Source of the DNA: Paramoeba atlantica | Taxonomy: Eukaryota > Protista > Discosea | Length of the DNA stretch: 64,000 bases | Assembly (NCBI GenBank): GCA_977017575.1 | Contig: CDRNVI010000065.1 | Location: 1 to 64,000 of the forward strand | Direction: 5' to 3' | Part shown: piece by piece, positions 10,659 through 22,363 of the stretch | Layout of the letters: each line of letters starts with the position of its first letter | Numbering within the stretch: position 1 is the first letter of the stretch | Program-made: the position numbers and the translations under genes | The notes under the pieces: generated by a model | The model's input: only the letters and a program-made list of their open reading frames with translations | What the model was told of the DNA's origin: nothing | The model's database searches: none

Positions 10659-13600
10659 GGAGACTCTACCCTAGCGGCTAGCCCTCCGTGTCTTCTTCTT
10701 CTCCTCTCCTTCTTAAGGGAGTCGATAAAAAAATTCAACTGAGGACGAGAGGCCCGATTTTTTAGTCTCAAAACGAAACTCAGTTTTTTATCCCCCTTTT
10801 TGTCGAGGGGCAAGGGCCATTTTGCGGGGGGGTTAACATTGTTGTTGGTAGCGGGGTCTTCCTCTGTCGCAGAAAACAGAAAAAACCAACCAGGAGAAAA
10901 ATGCAAAAAATACACTTCCAAAGACCGATAAAGAAATGTTACCAAACGAACAAAAGAGATCCATATCTACAGGAGAAGCTCCAAAGAAACTGCGAAAGAG
11001 ATCACAGAAACAGAAACTGCCAGCTTCAAAACTATCACCAGCATTTTCAACCCCCAAGAAGATGCAAACGAAACGAAAAATGCCAACTCAAGAGATCCAG
11101 GAGTTGGAATTATCTAAGGCTTCTGTAAAATATGAAGGAGAAAACAGTGAGTAACCCCCCAAGCCTCCCCCCACCCCATCTCCCCCACCCCCCCGCCAGC
11201 ATATTGTCCGATTTTATTTCTTTTCTTTTCTGCAAGATGCATTTCGTTTTTTATGTGTTTGATGTTGGTTTGGTTGAAAACTAATTTAGTATACCGTGAA
11301 GCTGGTGTACCGCTCGTCTCGCAATTTCAGGTAAGTTATCTCAAACTAGCTCGGTAGTGACAGTAAAACTAGCCACGCCCAGCTAGGAAGATAAAAAAAA
11401 AGCTAGGAAGATAATCACGGCTAATTAACCTAAGGCAACGTTGCGACGATAACCTAACCTAAGTGTGAAAATTAGTATGGCAAACAGTTTAACCTCCTTA
11501 AATGATCTATATCAGTGTTGTTGTTCTTGAAAGAGTCCGTGCTAACCCCCTTGGTGCGACATCCGTCATTACGGATTGTGCCGATGATATCGGCTGTCGC
11601 ATCGAGGGCTTTATCTCTGCGCCAACGAGCGCATGAACATCAAATTGTCGCAGCGACGACGACTTTCTGTACCTTGTTCATTTTATTATTAAATAAGACT
11701 TTTCATGGTAGCACGGGGGAGCCCCCCCATACGTAGTTTGTCCCCCCCAACCAAAGACGTGGTTTGTCCGCAAGCTAGGTGTATTCAGGCTCATGATGGT
11801 ACAGAAGTACCGCCTTCCCGATCGCATCAAGTTTAGGAAGTTATCGACTAAATCCAATACAAATCATTCCGGATTGCTCCAGACTTTCGCTGGCAAGCCA
11901 GACCCTTCACAGACAGATTTGGAAGTTCAGAGGCCGACGTCCTCTACCAGTTTCCGCTTTTCCAAGGCGGCACCAACGTGCTATTGCCAACACGCTGCGT
12001 CGACGAACTCGAAGTGGCAAGAACTCGAAGTTTGAAGCACATGGTGCTCAGATGGCGAGTTCAAACGCATTTTTCCTGGCGGCTTCACTCTCAGAGGCTG
12101 CGCTGAGAACATTCTGGGCCCAGTACTCGGAGGATCGTCCCGGACCCTCCGCTAAGGGAACCAGCTCCCTTACCCGGCTTACACCTCTTGGGTAAGCCGT
12201 GTTGACGTACAATTCGTCGACGCAGCGTGTTGGCAACAGCACGTTGGTGCCGCCGTGGAAAAGCGGAAACTGGTAGAGGACGTCGGCCTCGGAACTTCCA
12301 AATCTGTCTGTGAAGGGTCTGGCTTGCCAGTGACCGTCCGGAGCAATCCGGAATGATTTGGTTTTTTTTTGGAGACTCTACCCTAGCGGCTAGCTCTGCA
12401 GAGCCATCCGTGTCTTCTTCTTCTTCTTCTTCTTAAGGGGGTGGATAAAAAAATTCAAATGATGGCGAGAGGCCCGATTTTTTTTGTCGCAAAACGAAAC
12501 TCAGTTTTACATGCCCCTTTTTGTCGAGGGGCAAGGGCCCTTTTTCGGGGGGGATGTAAAATTGAAGAAGAATGCCCGGCGTCTTCACTCTAAGAGGCTG
12601 GGCTGATAACCGACTAGGTCAAGTACTCGGAGGACCGTCCCGGACCTTCCTATCGGGGAACCAGCTCCCTTACCGGGCTCACACTTCTTGGGTGAGCCGT
12701 GTTGGCGTACAATTGGTCGAGGCATAAACCCAAAAAGAAGAAGAGAAGAATAGAAACCCGACCAACCACCAACCATCACTGGGATAATAAATTGGTCATG
12801 ATCATACGCTCGTGGCGCAGAGATACGTCTCTCTGTGTGACGGCCGATACCATCGGCGCATGACCCGCATACGACGGGTGTCACACAGAGAGTGGAGTGC
12901 GAGGTAGGAGACGAGACGCCCATCGGTCATGCTACAACACGTATAGCCATGGTTCATGCTGCAACACGGTCAAGCCGTGGGTTCATGCTGTCAGATGCAT
13001 CATGGGGAGGTCCGTTACCGCCGCACTCGCTACAGCATGTAGGGAGAGAGGGGTGCAAGTTCGCATCCCCTATACACGCATACAACGTGTCCTCCCGCTG
13101 TAGCACGCCCAGTGGTCCTCAAGGGAGGCCACCATGGCGCATAGCTCCCGGGAGAAGAAAGCACGAGAAGTAGAGAGCCGGGGAGGGAAGAAAGCTCACT
13201 CGAAGAGAGCGAGCCGGGGAGGGGTGAAGAGTGCGAAGTGCGCCCCTACTTCCGCGACAAAGAGGGACAGTTCCAGCTAACCGTCAGCCGGAAACGGGCA
13301 TTTAAAAGTAAGAATATGCCCGTTTCCGGGAAAAGAAAGGAAGGGCTAGCAAAATGTACCAACAAGGTACAGAAACTGTATCTTTATATGTCCCAGTTGA
13401 AAGCTTCACAAATTTCTCCTACCCATAAAACACTTTGGCGGTCTCCACAAAACTAACATATTCACCAGAAGCTTTTCAAAAACATCTTGCACCAGGCTAA
13501 GGGGCGGAGGTCTTGCAAGGGGCGGAGGTGGCGGAGGGGCAAGAATTCAAAGTTTGAAGCACATGGTGCTCAGACGGCGAGTTTAAACCCGCGGTGCTCG

Positions 13601-14040
13601 CGTAGTTGTTAGACGGTGGGCCTTACAACCTGCAGGTTGTGGGTTCGATTCCCGCTATCGACAAAACTCGCAACCTGGCGGCCTCACTGCAAAGGGAAAG
13701 CGATCAGGAGTGCCTTCAAGGCCCACACCCAACCCCGCTCCCCTGGAGGACCGACCCGGAACCGCCGAGCTGAACCAGGCTCCAGCGCAGCCGATAAATT
13801 GCGAGCTGCTTACGCAAAGGAGGCTTGAGACACAGCCTACACGATGCAACGGGGTGGACGCCCGTCTTGGTAGCTACGGTTGGGTAGCCGTGCTCGGGCC
13901 GCAAGGCGTCGAGTGCCGTCTGGGAAGGGGGTAGCAACACGATGAAGGTCGGTGGCCTGAGACTCTACCCTAACGGTTGGCGCTGCAGAGCCCTCCGTGT
14001 CTTCTTCTTCTTCTTCTTCTTCTTCTTCTTCTTCTTCTGT

Positions 14041-16490
14041 TCAGAACATGCGATCAAGGGGGGTATGAGGGGGGTATCATTTCTTTGGTGTTCGTAATAC
14101 TTTGTTAGTGCGCGATCTATCGTCTTTCCCTTGACGCTTTTCTGTCTTTTTGACGCAGATCTCTCTTTTAGCGAGTGTTTTTTGACGTGACCCCTTTGGG
14201 CCCAGACTTTCATAGCTTGGATCGTCATTCTACTGGTATAACTGATTACTCCTCCTTCTTTGCGGAGCTCTAAATTTAACCCGATCACTAATAACAATGT
14301 CAAAGACCGTTCGTTCCAGACCACACAAGTTTCGCAAGGTGCGCCATGGATTTGCCTGGTTTTTGCGAAGTCCTCTTTCGGTGTCTCCGCACTCTTCGGC
14401 AATACATTGTTCAATTGCTTTCCTGTGCTGCATTACTAAAGAGTTAAAACTCTTTGGATTTCGACTCCAGGAGAAAAGATCTCGCAGCCCTCGGATTGGA
14501 CGATCATTTGAGGGATTCTCAAATTGATTCGCAGATTTCGAAGAATCTTCTTGGCTAGCTTTTTTTATTATATTCCATTACTTTATGCGGTTTGTGTGCT
14601 CTAGTATTGGAGGCACAAAAACTCTGAATTTGGAGGTGATAGAGATGGAAGTGTTTGATGTGAAAGTGCTAAGTATTTTAGCCGACTTTGTCGGTATTTT
14701 GGATTGGATTGGATTGGATCTTGGCTAGCTGATTTGATGCCCTTTGCAGCAGAGAGAATACATACCGACAGCGTATCCCATGAGGCTTTCTCTTCGCAGC
14801 CCTCCAAATATTGATGAGTTTTTTGGGTAAACAATTTTCGTTGCGTTTCATCTCGAAGTTGGTACCAGGGGGTCGCGCTGGATGCTCCCGCCGAAGTGCT
14901 TCGCCACTTAATCTTAATCCGCGCAAACACAGGGAGCTGGTTCGTGGGAATAGGGGCATTGAGAACCTTGTGCCGCCAGATTGCGGAGGCAAATCTGGAC
15001 GAAATTGTAACGTGATCTAGCTGTCGTTCCTTCTTGTCTGGTAATACTCACGTCCGGTTGCGGCTGCTGGGGCAAAGGCTGTGCGCAGATTTACGCACAA
15101 TCGAGCATAAAAGCCCACGAAATCTAGCAACCTCTGGGGGATCTAAACGTTTGTTCGTTACGAGCGTTAATGGCGAATTAAAATCCCCCATGACGACGCG
15201 GGTTACTGGCCTGTAATTGTTGACGCAGAGAAGTCAGTTCTCCGTAAAACGCGGTCAAAACATCTTCAGAAGAATCAAGGAGAAGAATCAAGAATTAAAG
15301 GAGCGTAGACATTAACCAGTGTTCCGACACCATCTTCCATCGGAAAGTGCGCGGCCATGATTCGCTCGCTAACTTTCCAGACCTTATTAAGCGGTTCAAT
15401 ACTCACTATTGCCATACCGTTATACGAATCCGTGGGGGCAGCTGATAAAAGATACAGATAATAACAGGTTTCCGAGTCATAGACTTTTCGACGAATTATC
15501 TCCTTGCTTTCAACCTTGGAAAAACTGTATCGCGTCTCCTGCATACAAAGAATGTGCACACCCTTCTGCGTCATCCAGTGCAGAACCTTATGCAGATGAG
15601 CTGATTTTCGGAGCGCAAACTCGTCGTCCCCATCCAACCTAAGCGTAGTAGTGTTGAGTGTTCCTATATTCAGTGTTCCCTTCTCAGCGGAACCTCGAAG
15701 GTTCTCCGAATCGCGATGAGCGCGTTTGCCGGACAATGCCCATTTATATTTGCGACTTCTCCGCCTTTCCCGCGATCGATGGGTACCAGAGGAGCAAAGA
15801 CGTGCAGCGCAAAGAACTATACGCGGGTCCCGAGGAGGAAAAGGTAAGGTGTCAGACGGTCGCTGCGCATAACGAACTCGCCATCTGAAACAGAAAAGGA
15901 ACATCCGCACCCCTTTGCTCCACCATCCCCTCCCAGAGATTGAATTCCCGTGCATAGGAATATCTCCACACCACAGCAATCCGTGAACCTCGGTACATCA
16001 TCTTCGTTAATTGTGACAGAGAATTCGCACGGAGTTTTGCGAGTCCATTTCTATACCTTTTGGGCTGGAAAAGGGCCCCCCGACCAAGCGTGGACCGCAG
16101 AAGGAGGCTCATGACTTCACTTGCTTCATGCGGGCCGGACGCGTCCGTCATTTTTTGAGAGTAACAAAAAACGTTGGCCCAGGAGCGCTCATGGATGGAG
16201 AAACGAAAATTTTTACGCCTTCCTTCCTCCGGGGGATGGGGTGGGATTAAACCACTTCTAGCACGAATGCCGTTCCACCTCCACCGAGGGGGAAAGGTTA
16301 GCGCGCTCGCTAACGACATGTATGCCTCGGCGACGGGTTGCCACGCCGTCTTTGCCCCAGAACGCGGTTAACGACGCCGAGAACGAGGGTAAAACAGGAT
16401 TAGGAAGGGACAATTCCCTCTTGCTAGCTCGAAAATCCTTACGTCGGAAGGCTGGAGTTCGCCACGCCCCACCACCGGCAACGGTCCAAT
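14041..16490 (-). pseudogene. Degenerate APE-containing LINE, 3'-truncated before the RT domain
   Basis: MTDASGPHEASEVMSLL, IGTLNTTTL, CMQETRY, VNVYAP and NQANPWRTLR are homologous to 18172-19900; several frameshifts and deletions. Confidence 0.9.
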
Positions 16491-16492
16491 GC

Positions 16493-16873
16493 CGGAGGTG
16501 GCGGAGTCGCCAAGAATTCAAAGTTTGAAGCACATGGTGCTCAGACGGAGAGTTCAAACCCGCTCATCGCAATATTCCCGGCGGCCTCACTCTAAGAGGC
16601 TGGGCTGATAACCGGCTAGGCCCAGTACTCGGAGGACCGTCCCGGACCCTCCCCTCAGGGAACTAGCTCCCTTACCCAGCTTAAAACTCTTGGGTAAGCC
16701 GTGTTGACGTGCAGTTCGTCGACGCAGCGTGTTGGCAATAGCACGTTGGTGCCGCCTTGGAAAAGCGGAAACTGGTAGAGGACGTCGGCCTCTGAACTTC
16801 CAAATCTGTCTGTGAAGGGTCTGGCTTGCCAGCGACCGTCTGGAGCAACCCGGAATGATTTGGATTTGGATTT
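16493..16873 (+). mobile_element. Subfamily A element outside the tandem array
   Basis: Same head and body, ends in GATTTGGATTTGGATTT; divergent from the 5' end of the minus-strand LINE relic. Confidence 0.75.
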
Positions 16874-17175
16874 AGTCAACAAGAGGGGTTTTGCCCATAT
16901 GAACGACGTATGAACTAAGAAAGCGGATGGACGAGAAAGAACCAAAATTTACCCCCTCACCTGCAACCAAAAGTGTGGCAAAATTTAACCCGTTAGGCCG
17001 AGCAGAGGAACTGCCTAAACTTGATGCGATCGGGAAGGCGGCAAAAGCGCTAGAGGCAAAGGAACGACAACCACTGTCTACTGAAGAGATAGCTAAGGCC
17101 ATCGATCGACTTCACCCAAAGGTCTTTCAGGTTTATAAACATTTACCGGCAAAAATCTAAGGACATCGAAAAGCA

Positions 17176-17558
17176 GGGTGAAAGGGAACCGGTTTTGCGC
17201 CAAAATTTTAAATTTTTCTAAAAAGAGTTATAATTATTTTAAAAAGTGTTTTTGTATTATCTGATACTTTTTCGGCCACTTTGGACATGAAATGTCGGCA
17301 GTACACTGATGTCGGCAGTACACTGATTTCTCTTGTACGGACAACAGGTCATACACATATTTGGCAACGGCAAGCGAAAGGGACATTATTCAACGACTAG
17401 CGGACCACAAGTTTGTATACCAACGTGTAGAGTGTCCTAAAAGCCATGGGCCATGAGTAAGGTAGAATATTCTATTAGCGGTGAGATAAGAAAAGCGTAA
17501 GATTTCTTGGCAATTTTTTAGATATTATTTTTGACGCAAAATCGGTTCCCTTTGACCA
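17176..17558. mobile_element. Small non-autonomous TIR element
   Basis: Inverted repeat AAAGGGAACCGGTTTTGCGCCAAAA (17181) versus TTTTGACGCAAAATCGGTTCCCTTT (ends 17553), 23/25 match; flanking direct repeat AAAAGCA at 17169-17175 and 17559-17565. Confidence 0.5.
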
Positions 17559-17785
17559 AAAGCAACTTAACTGACAGGGCTCGCCAAAGGATCCGCCAGG
17601 CTGGACACGCGAACTTCTTATACCGCTCCTAGGTGGCCAGGGTATCGTTGCCTTGGATAGCTACAGCAGTGCTGCGAAACCCCCGAGACGCTCAGCTACG
17701 GGACGTCTTAACCAGCTCCACTCTGACCTTGCTGCTCAAGGAGGGCCTTTCCTTAGAAGGATCACCAGCCTGCCGACCTATAGCA

Positions 17786-18161
17786 ATCGAGTTTTTTGTA
17801 AAGATCGAGTTTTTTGTAAAGATCGAGCTTTTGTAAAGATCGAGTTTTTTGTAAAGATCGAGTTTTTTGTAAAGATAGAGTTTTTTGTAAAGATCGAGTT
17901 TTTTGTAAAGATCGAGTTTTTTGTAAAGATCGAGTTTTTTGTAAAGATCGAGTTTTTTGTAAAGATCGAGTTTTTTGTAAAGATCGAGTTTTTTGTAAAG
18001 ATCGAGTTTTTTGTAAAGATCGAGGTTTTTGTAAAGATCGAGTTTTTTGTAAAGATCGAGTTTTTTGTAAAGATCGAGTTTTTTGTAAAGATCGAGGTTT
18101 TTGTAAAGATCGAGTTTTTTGTAAAGATCGAGTTTTTTGTAAAGATCGAGTTTTTTGTAAA
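17786..18161 (+). repeat. 18-nt minisatellite (ATCGAGTTTTTTGTAAAG), about 21 units, in the LINE 5'UTR
   Basis: Directly visible; ends 10 nt before the ATG at 18172. Confidence 0.97.
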
Positions 18162-18171
18162 TATTCGCAAA

Positions 18172-21100
18172 ATGGCGGATGCGTCCGGTGTGTGTGAGGC
18201 CACGACCATCATGAATCTTCTTGCGCATTCCACGCTCGATCGGGGGGTTTTGTTTCGTCCTGCAGAGGGCGGGGCAGAATCTGCCAAACTCCGCGTAAAA
18301 TCGTTGCGACAAATTATGCGGGGCTTGCAGTTAGGTGGTGAGCTGGCGGTGGTATGGAGGTACGCGAATTCATCGCACTACAGCGTGTGGGAGGGGGTTG
18401 TAGAGTGCCGGATGCTGAACCACTGGCGTATTCGCTATGTTCAGTGTCCGCGGTTTACGCTGCCATTTCCACCATGTAGTCCTCACATCGTCCTTCGTGC
18501 TGTTCGCCTGTTCGTTCCTAACAGTTGGCGTCGCAGGAAAAAGCGGTTTCGCAAACCGAGAGCTCAGTCCGGCAAACGGGATCTCCGTGACTCGGTGGGT
18601 CCTAGAGACCCCGCTGTGAAGAGGATGCTTAGCGTTGGAACCTTAAATGTAACTACTCTGAAGCTGAAGGGTGAGGATGAGTTTAGTGTACGAAAGTGTG
18701 GGCACCTTTATGAAGTAATTAATTTTATGGATACGAAGGGAATACATATCTTAGGCTTACAGGAAACGCGGTACAGATTTTCTCCTTCCGAAAAGTTGGA
18801 TGTACTCTACCGTAAAGTGCGCTACCGGAATACGGATTATCACTTAAACCTCGTTACAGCACGGGCAAGGGATGCATACAACGGTATGGGTTTCGTCAGC
18901 ACTCTTCCTTTGACTAAGGTTTCTAAGATCAGTGAAAGGATAATGTCTGGGGAATTTGAGATGGAGGATGGAGTCGGTGCAGTTGTCAATGTTTATTCTC
19001 CTACAAGGGACGCGTCAGACGTCGAGATAAAAAAGTTTTATGGTGAATTAGAGCGTTGTTGTCTGGTAGTGCGAGAAAACAATTCACGTCGTCCTCTCAT
19101 AGTCATAGGAGACTTCAACGCACCGCTAACGCACATAACTAATAAGGAACAGGATCCACTTGCAGCCGCACGACTCAAAGGTCTATCATGTTCCATAGAT
19201 TGCAAATCTGCACATAGCCTTTGCCCAAGCAGCCGGAAGTGGACGTGTGAATTACCAAACAAAGCTCTGAGGCAATTAGATCACATTTTCATTTGTAGCA
19301 GATTCGCATCGGCAATTCAAAGACACAAAGTGATTAAAGCACCTATTCCTACCACTCATTGTTGTGTCATTGCGAGTATCAGGATAAAGTGGCGAGTTAC
19401 TGCCCATAAGTCGAATAATAATCAGCTTTCGTGGTTTCTTCTTCGAAACAGTGATATTAGAACGGAATTCGTCAAAAACGTTCACTGTCAGCGCTTAGCG
19501 AATGCTGAGTCAGGAGCGACATGGGGAGAACTTGCAAAATGTATGGTGAGTGCTGTGAAAACCTTTAAAAAACCTTCGAAACGAACCGCGAATAAGGAAT
19601 CGGTAAAGGACTTTAAGATACACGACTTGCGCGGTTTATATCAAAAAAGCAGAAATAAAACCACATTCAATGCGCTATTAAGAGAGCATAAGGAAGAAAT
19701 TGAAGAAACTATTTCAAACGAATGCGTCGAGATTGAAAATCAACTTCGTAAAAATCATGCGAATCCGTGGAGAACTATTCGGCAAATTTGTGGGCGGTAT
19801 AGAGACACATTTAACACAAGCGGGGGCTCACGAAACAAGAAGCTACAAGAAATTCGAAATCACTTCATGCGGTTCAGTGGTTATGACTCGGGAAATCCGG
19901 ATATTAGCTTCGAGATGCTTCCGCCACCGCTCGTTCCAATTTCAGACGAACCATTTAGGGGCGAGGAATTGATCACTTCTTTGTCTCTTTTCAAGAAAGG
20001 AAAAACTCCAGGAAGTGACGGGATACCAATGGAAGCCATACAGGCAATATCAGGGCACCCAGATCTCAGATTACAACTCCTAGAAATCATAAACGAAGTC
20101 CATGCAACGGGGGTTACTGAGGAAGCTTGGCGAATCACGCTACAGATACCCATTCCAAAAAAGGGAGATTTAACAAAGATCGAAAATTGGAGGCCCATAT
20201 GCGTGGTAAACAGTATAGTGAAACTTATGAACCATATGATACTTTCCCGCATTAGGCCTAACATAGAAAAATCTCTTCGGGATAACCAATATGGTTTTCG
20301 ACCCAACCGACTTTCGATCCAACCGCTACTGTAGGCGCCCAGATCATCATGAACGAAGTCAAAACTAAAGGATTCAGAGGAGAAGGCCTTTCGGTAGCCC
20401 ACATAGATTTCGCGAAAGCTTTTCCCTCGGTTTCCTTCGCAGCGATAAAAGCTAGCTTAGATGCATTCCGTGTGGGACCTTGTCTATTCAGAACTATCAT
20501 GTCAATATACAGTAATTTGAAAGGCACCGTTCGAACTCAGCTTGGCACTACCAAACCTTTCCCTATTGCAACGGGCATACTTCAAGGCGACGTCTTAGCG
20601 CCTTATCTTTTTGTAATGGTATTGGATCGTATTTTGAACAAAGCACTAGACGACAATTCCGACGGTGTTCTTTTAAGTTCGAGAGGTACTAGGAAAAGGG
20701 GTCCTTATGAAAAACGCCTCACTGATATTGACTATGCAGACGATATAGCATTGTTTAGCGACACAAAAAGCGGATTAAACAATATGATAGACAATGTAGC
20801 CACAGAAGCCAGCAAAGCAAATCTACAGCTAGCCATTGGTGTAACGAAGACAGCCTGACTAACGTTCGGAAAATCAACAAAGAACAGTGACAACATTCAA
20901 AGCAATGTTGTCGGGAGCATTCCGAAAGTTCAAACATACAAACACTTAGGGCATCACCAGGAAAACGACTTTACATCAACAATGAAGGAACGTTTAAAGT
21001 TGGCTTGGGGTTCTCTTTTTCGCTTGAACGGGATTTGGCCGTCGTCTTTGAGTGCAGGGACAAAGCTCAGACTATACGATTCCCTTGTTTATCCGGTGTT

Positions 21101-22268
21101 AAATTTCGGAACGGGGGCCCTCTCAATATCGCAAACAATGCTCCGACGAATTGACGTTGAGGTAAATAATATGAGGAGAATTGCATGTCAATGCGACAAA
21201 TTGGATGAATATGGGATGTGTTACCCGAATGCATCTTTATATCTTGGCACGGAGAAATTTTCAACAATTCACAGGGTACAAAGAGCTAAGCTTGTTGGAC
21301 ACATGCTTCGTCACTCATCTGATTTCCAAGAGCTCGTCAAGTGGAAACAGCGGACCAACGCACGACAACCTTCCCCAAGCGAGGCTTGCTTGAAGGATTT
21401 GTACATCACCCTTGAATAAGCCTTGGTGTATGCAACTGACCGCGAACATTGGTATCAACTAACCGAAAAGTTGCGAAGAGAGCTCGAGCCTATTATTCAA
21501 TATGAAAAGTGCGGGCCCGTTAGATGTAAAAATGCCCTGGCAAGGGCGAAAAAACACAAAAGTCCTTCCGAGTTACAATTCGTTGAGGAGTCAGACATCC
21601 CTTTTCCAGCATATAAAACTATGCAAATTCATACAGACGGTTCAGTATTGCCGATGCGGGGCACGGATGAAATTCGAAGCGGTATCGGAGTTGTAGTATT
21701 AAAACCTAGATTAAAACCTCTACGAATATCTGTGCCTCTAGAATCTGAAACAATTGAGCGAGTCGAAATAATGGCCTTTCAGCAGGCCTTGCGTCAGCTC
21801 CCGGAAAAACTTTGCGCATGTCTTTTTCATACAGATTCGTACTATCTTTGGGAATTTTTTCACATTCTTCGTCATCAGAGGCGCATTGTTGGATATAAGG
21901 GGATCACAAACGGAGATTTATTTTATGAACTTGACAGAAAACTCCGTGAACTAAAACATGAATCATTTTCAATTTTTATGTGCAAGGTAAAGAGTCATTG
22001 TGGGAACAAATGGAATGAGGAGGCGGATGGGTTGGCACTCATGGCAGCACGAAAAATATCTCGACCTCCTGTACAGAAAAGGAGAAAGACAAGTGAAGAC
22101 ACCGAGGAGTCTCAGACAGACAAATCTTTGCAAAATCTGATTAAAAATAGAGCCTTAGAAAAGGGAAAGGCGAAAACTTTGCTAGCACCCAAGCGCGGGG
22201 CTGAGGCAAAAGGGAGACCCCGAGGGAAAGTAGCGAGAACTGGTGGCAAGAGGAAGCCCTCTGAGTAG
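18172..22268 (+). pseudogene. Full-length non-LTR retrotransposon ORF (N-terminal domain, APE endonuclease, RT, RNase H), disrupted
   Basis: APE: VGTLNV, GLQETR, VNVYSP, IGDFNA, LDHIF. RT: IPKKGDL..NWRPI, QYGFRP, DFAKAF, LQGDVLAPYLF, YADD, YKHLG. RNase H: TDGS, ERVEIMA, TDS, KVKSH, NEEAD. Frameshift near 20310-20335; in-frame TGA 20856-20858 and TAA 21417-21419. Confidence 0.95.
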
Positions 22269-22363
22269 GTATGATAAGACGGAAGTGTTCTCCGCTGGTG
22301 AGGAATATTTGTAAGATTAACGAAAAGTAATGCGTGTTTTCAGTAGTACACATACACTGCCGC

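Larger units (their letters stand above)
1..14040. repeat. Tandem macro-repeat of ~5.2 kb, about 2.7 copies, running off the left edge
   Basis: The same ORFs recur at 71/5289/10442 (offsets 5218 and 5153) and 2781/7999/13616. Copy 2 has a ~75-bp deletion near 8610. Copy 3 has a deletion near 11840, an extra ~590 bp at 12796-13386, and breaks off at a (TTC)n run near 14040. Confidence 0.97.

Noticed and set aside
16927-17160. 77-aa ORF MDEKEPKF...
   Set aside because: Short, no recognisable domain, and its reverse complement is part of the tandem unit (1437-1600). Probably a repeat fragment.
17560-17785. HDV-like ribozyme at the 5' end of the full-length LINE
   Set aside because: Trial pairings gave mismatched P1 and no clear P1.1. 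It cannot be supported by eye.
17786-18161. CRISPR-like array
   Set aside because: Head-to-tail repeats with no spacers, eukaryotic context and no cas genes.
17653-18171. N-terminal (FFVKIE)n extension of the 893-aa ORF and the antisense (KKLDLY)n/(IFTKNS)n ORFs
   Set aside because: These are translations of the 18-nt minisatellite. The homologous copy starts at the MADAS/MTDAS methionine.
20856-21419. In-frame TGA and TAA in the LINE as stop-codon reassignment (Blastocrithidia-like)
   Set aside because: All host genes read without internal stops and end in standard stops. The paralog has Gln at the TAA position and the same element also has a frameshift, so these are ordinary nonsense mutations.
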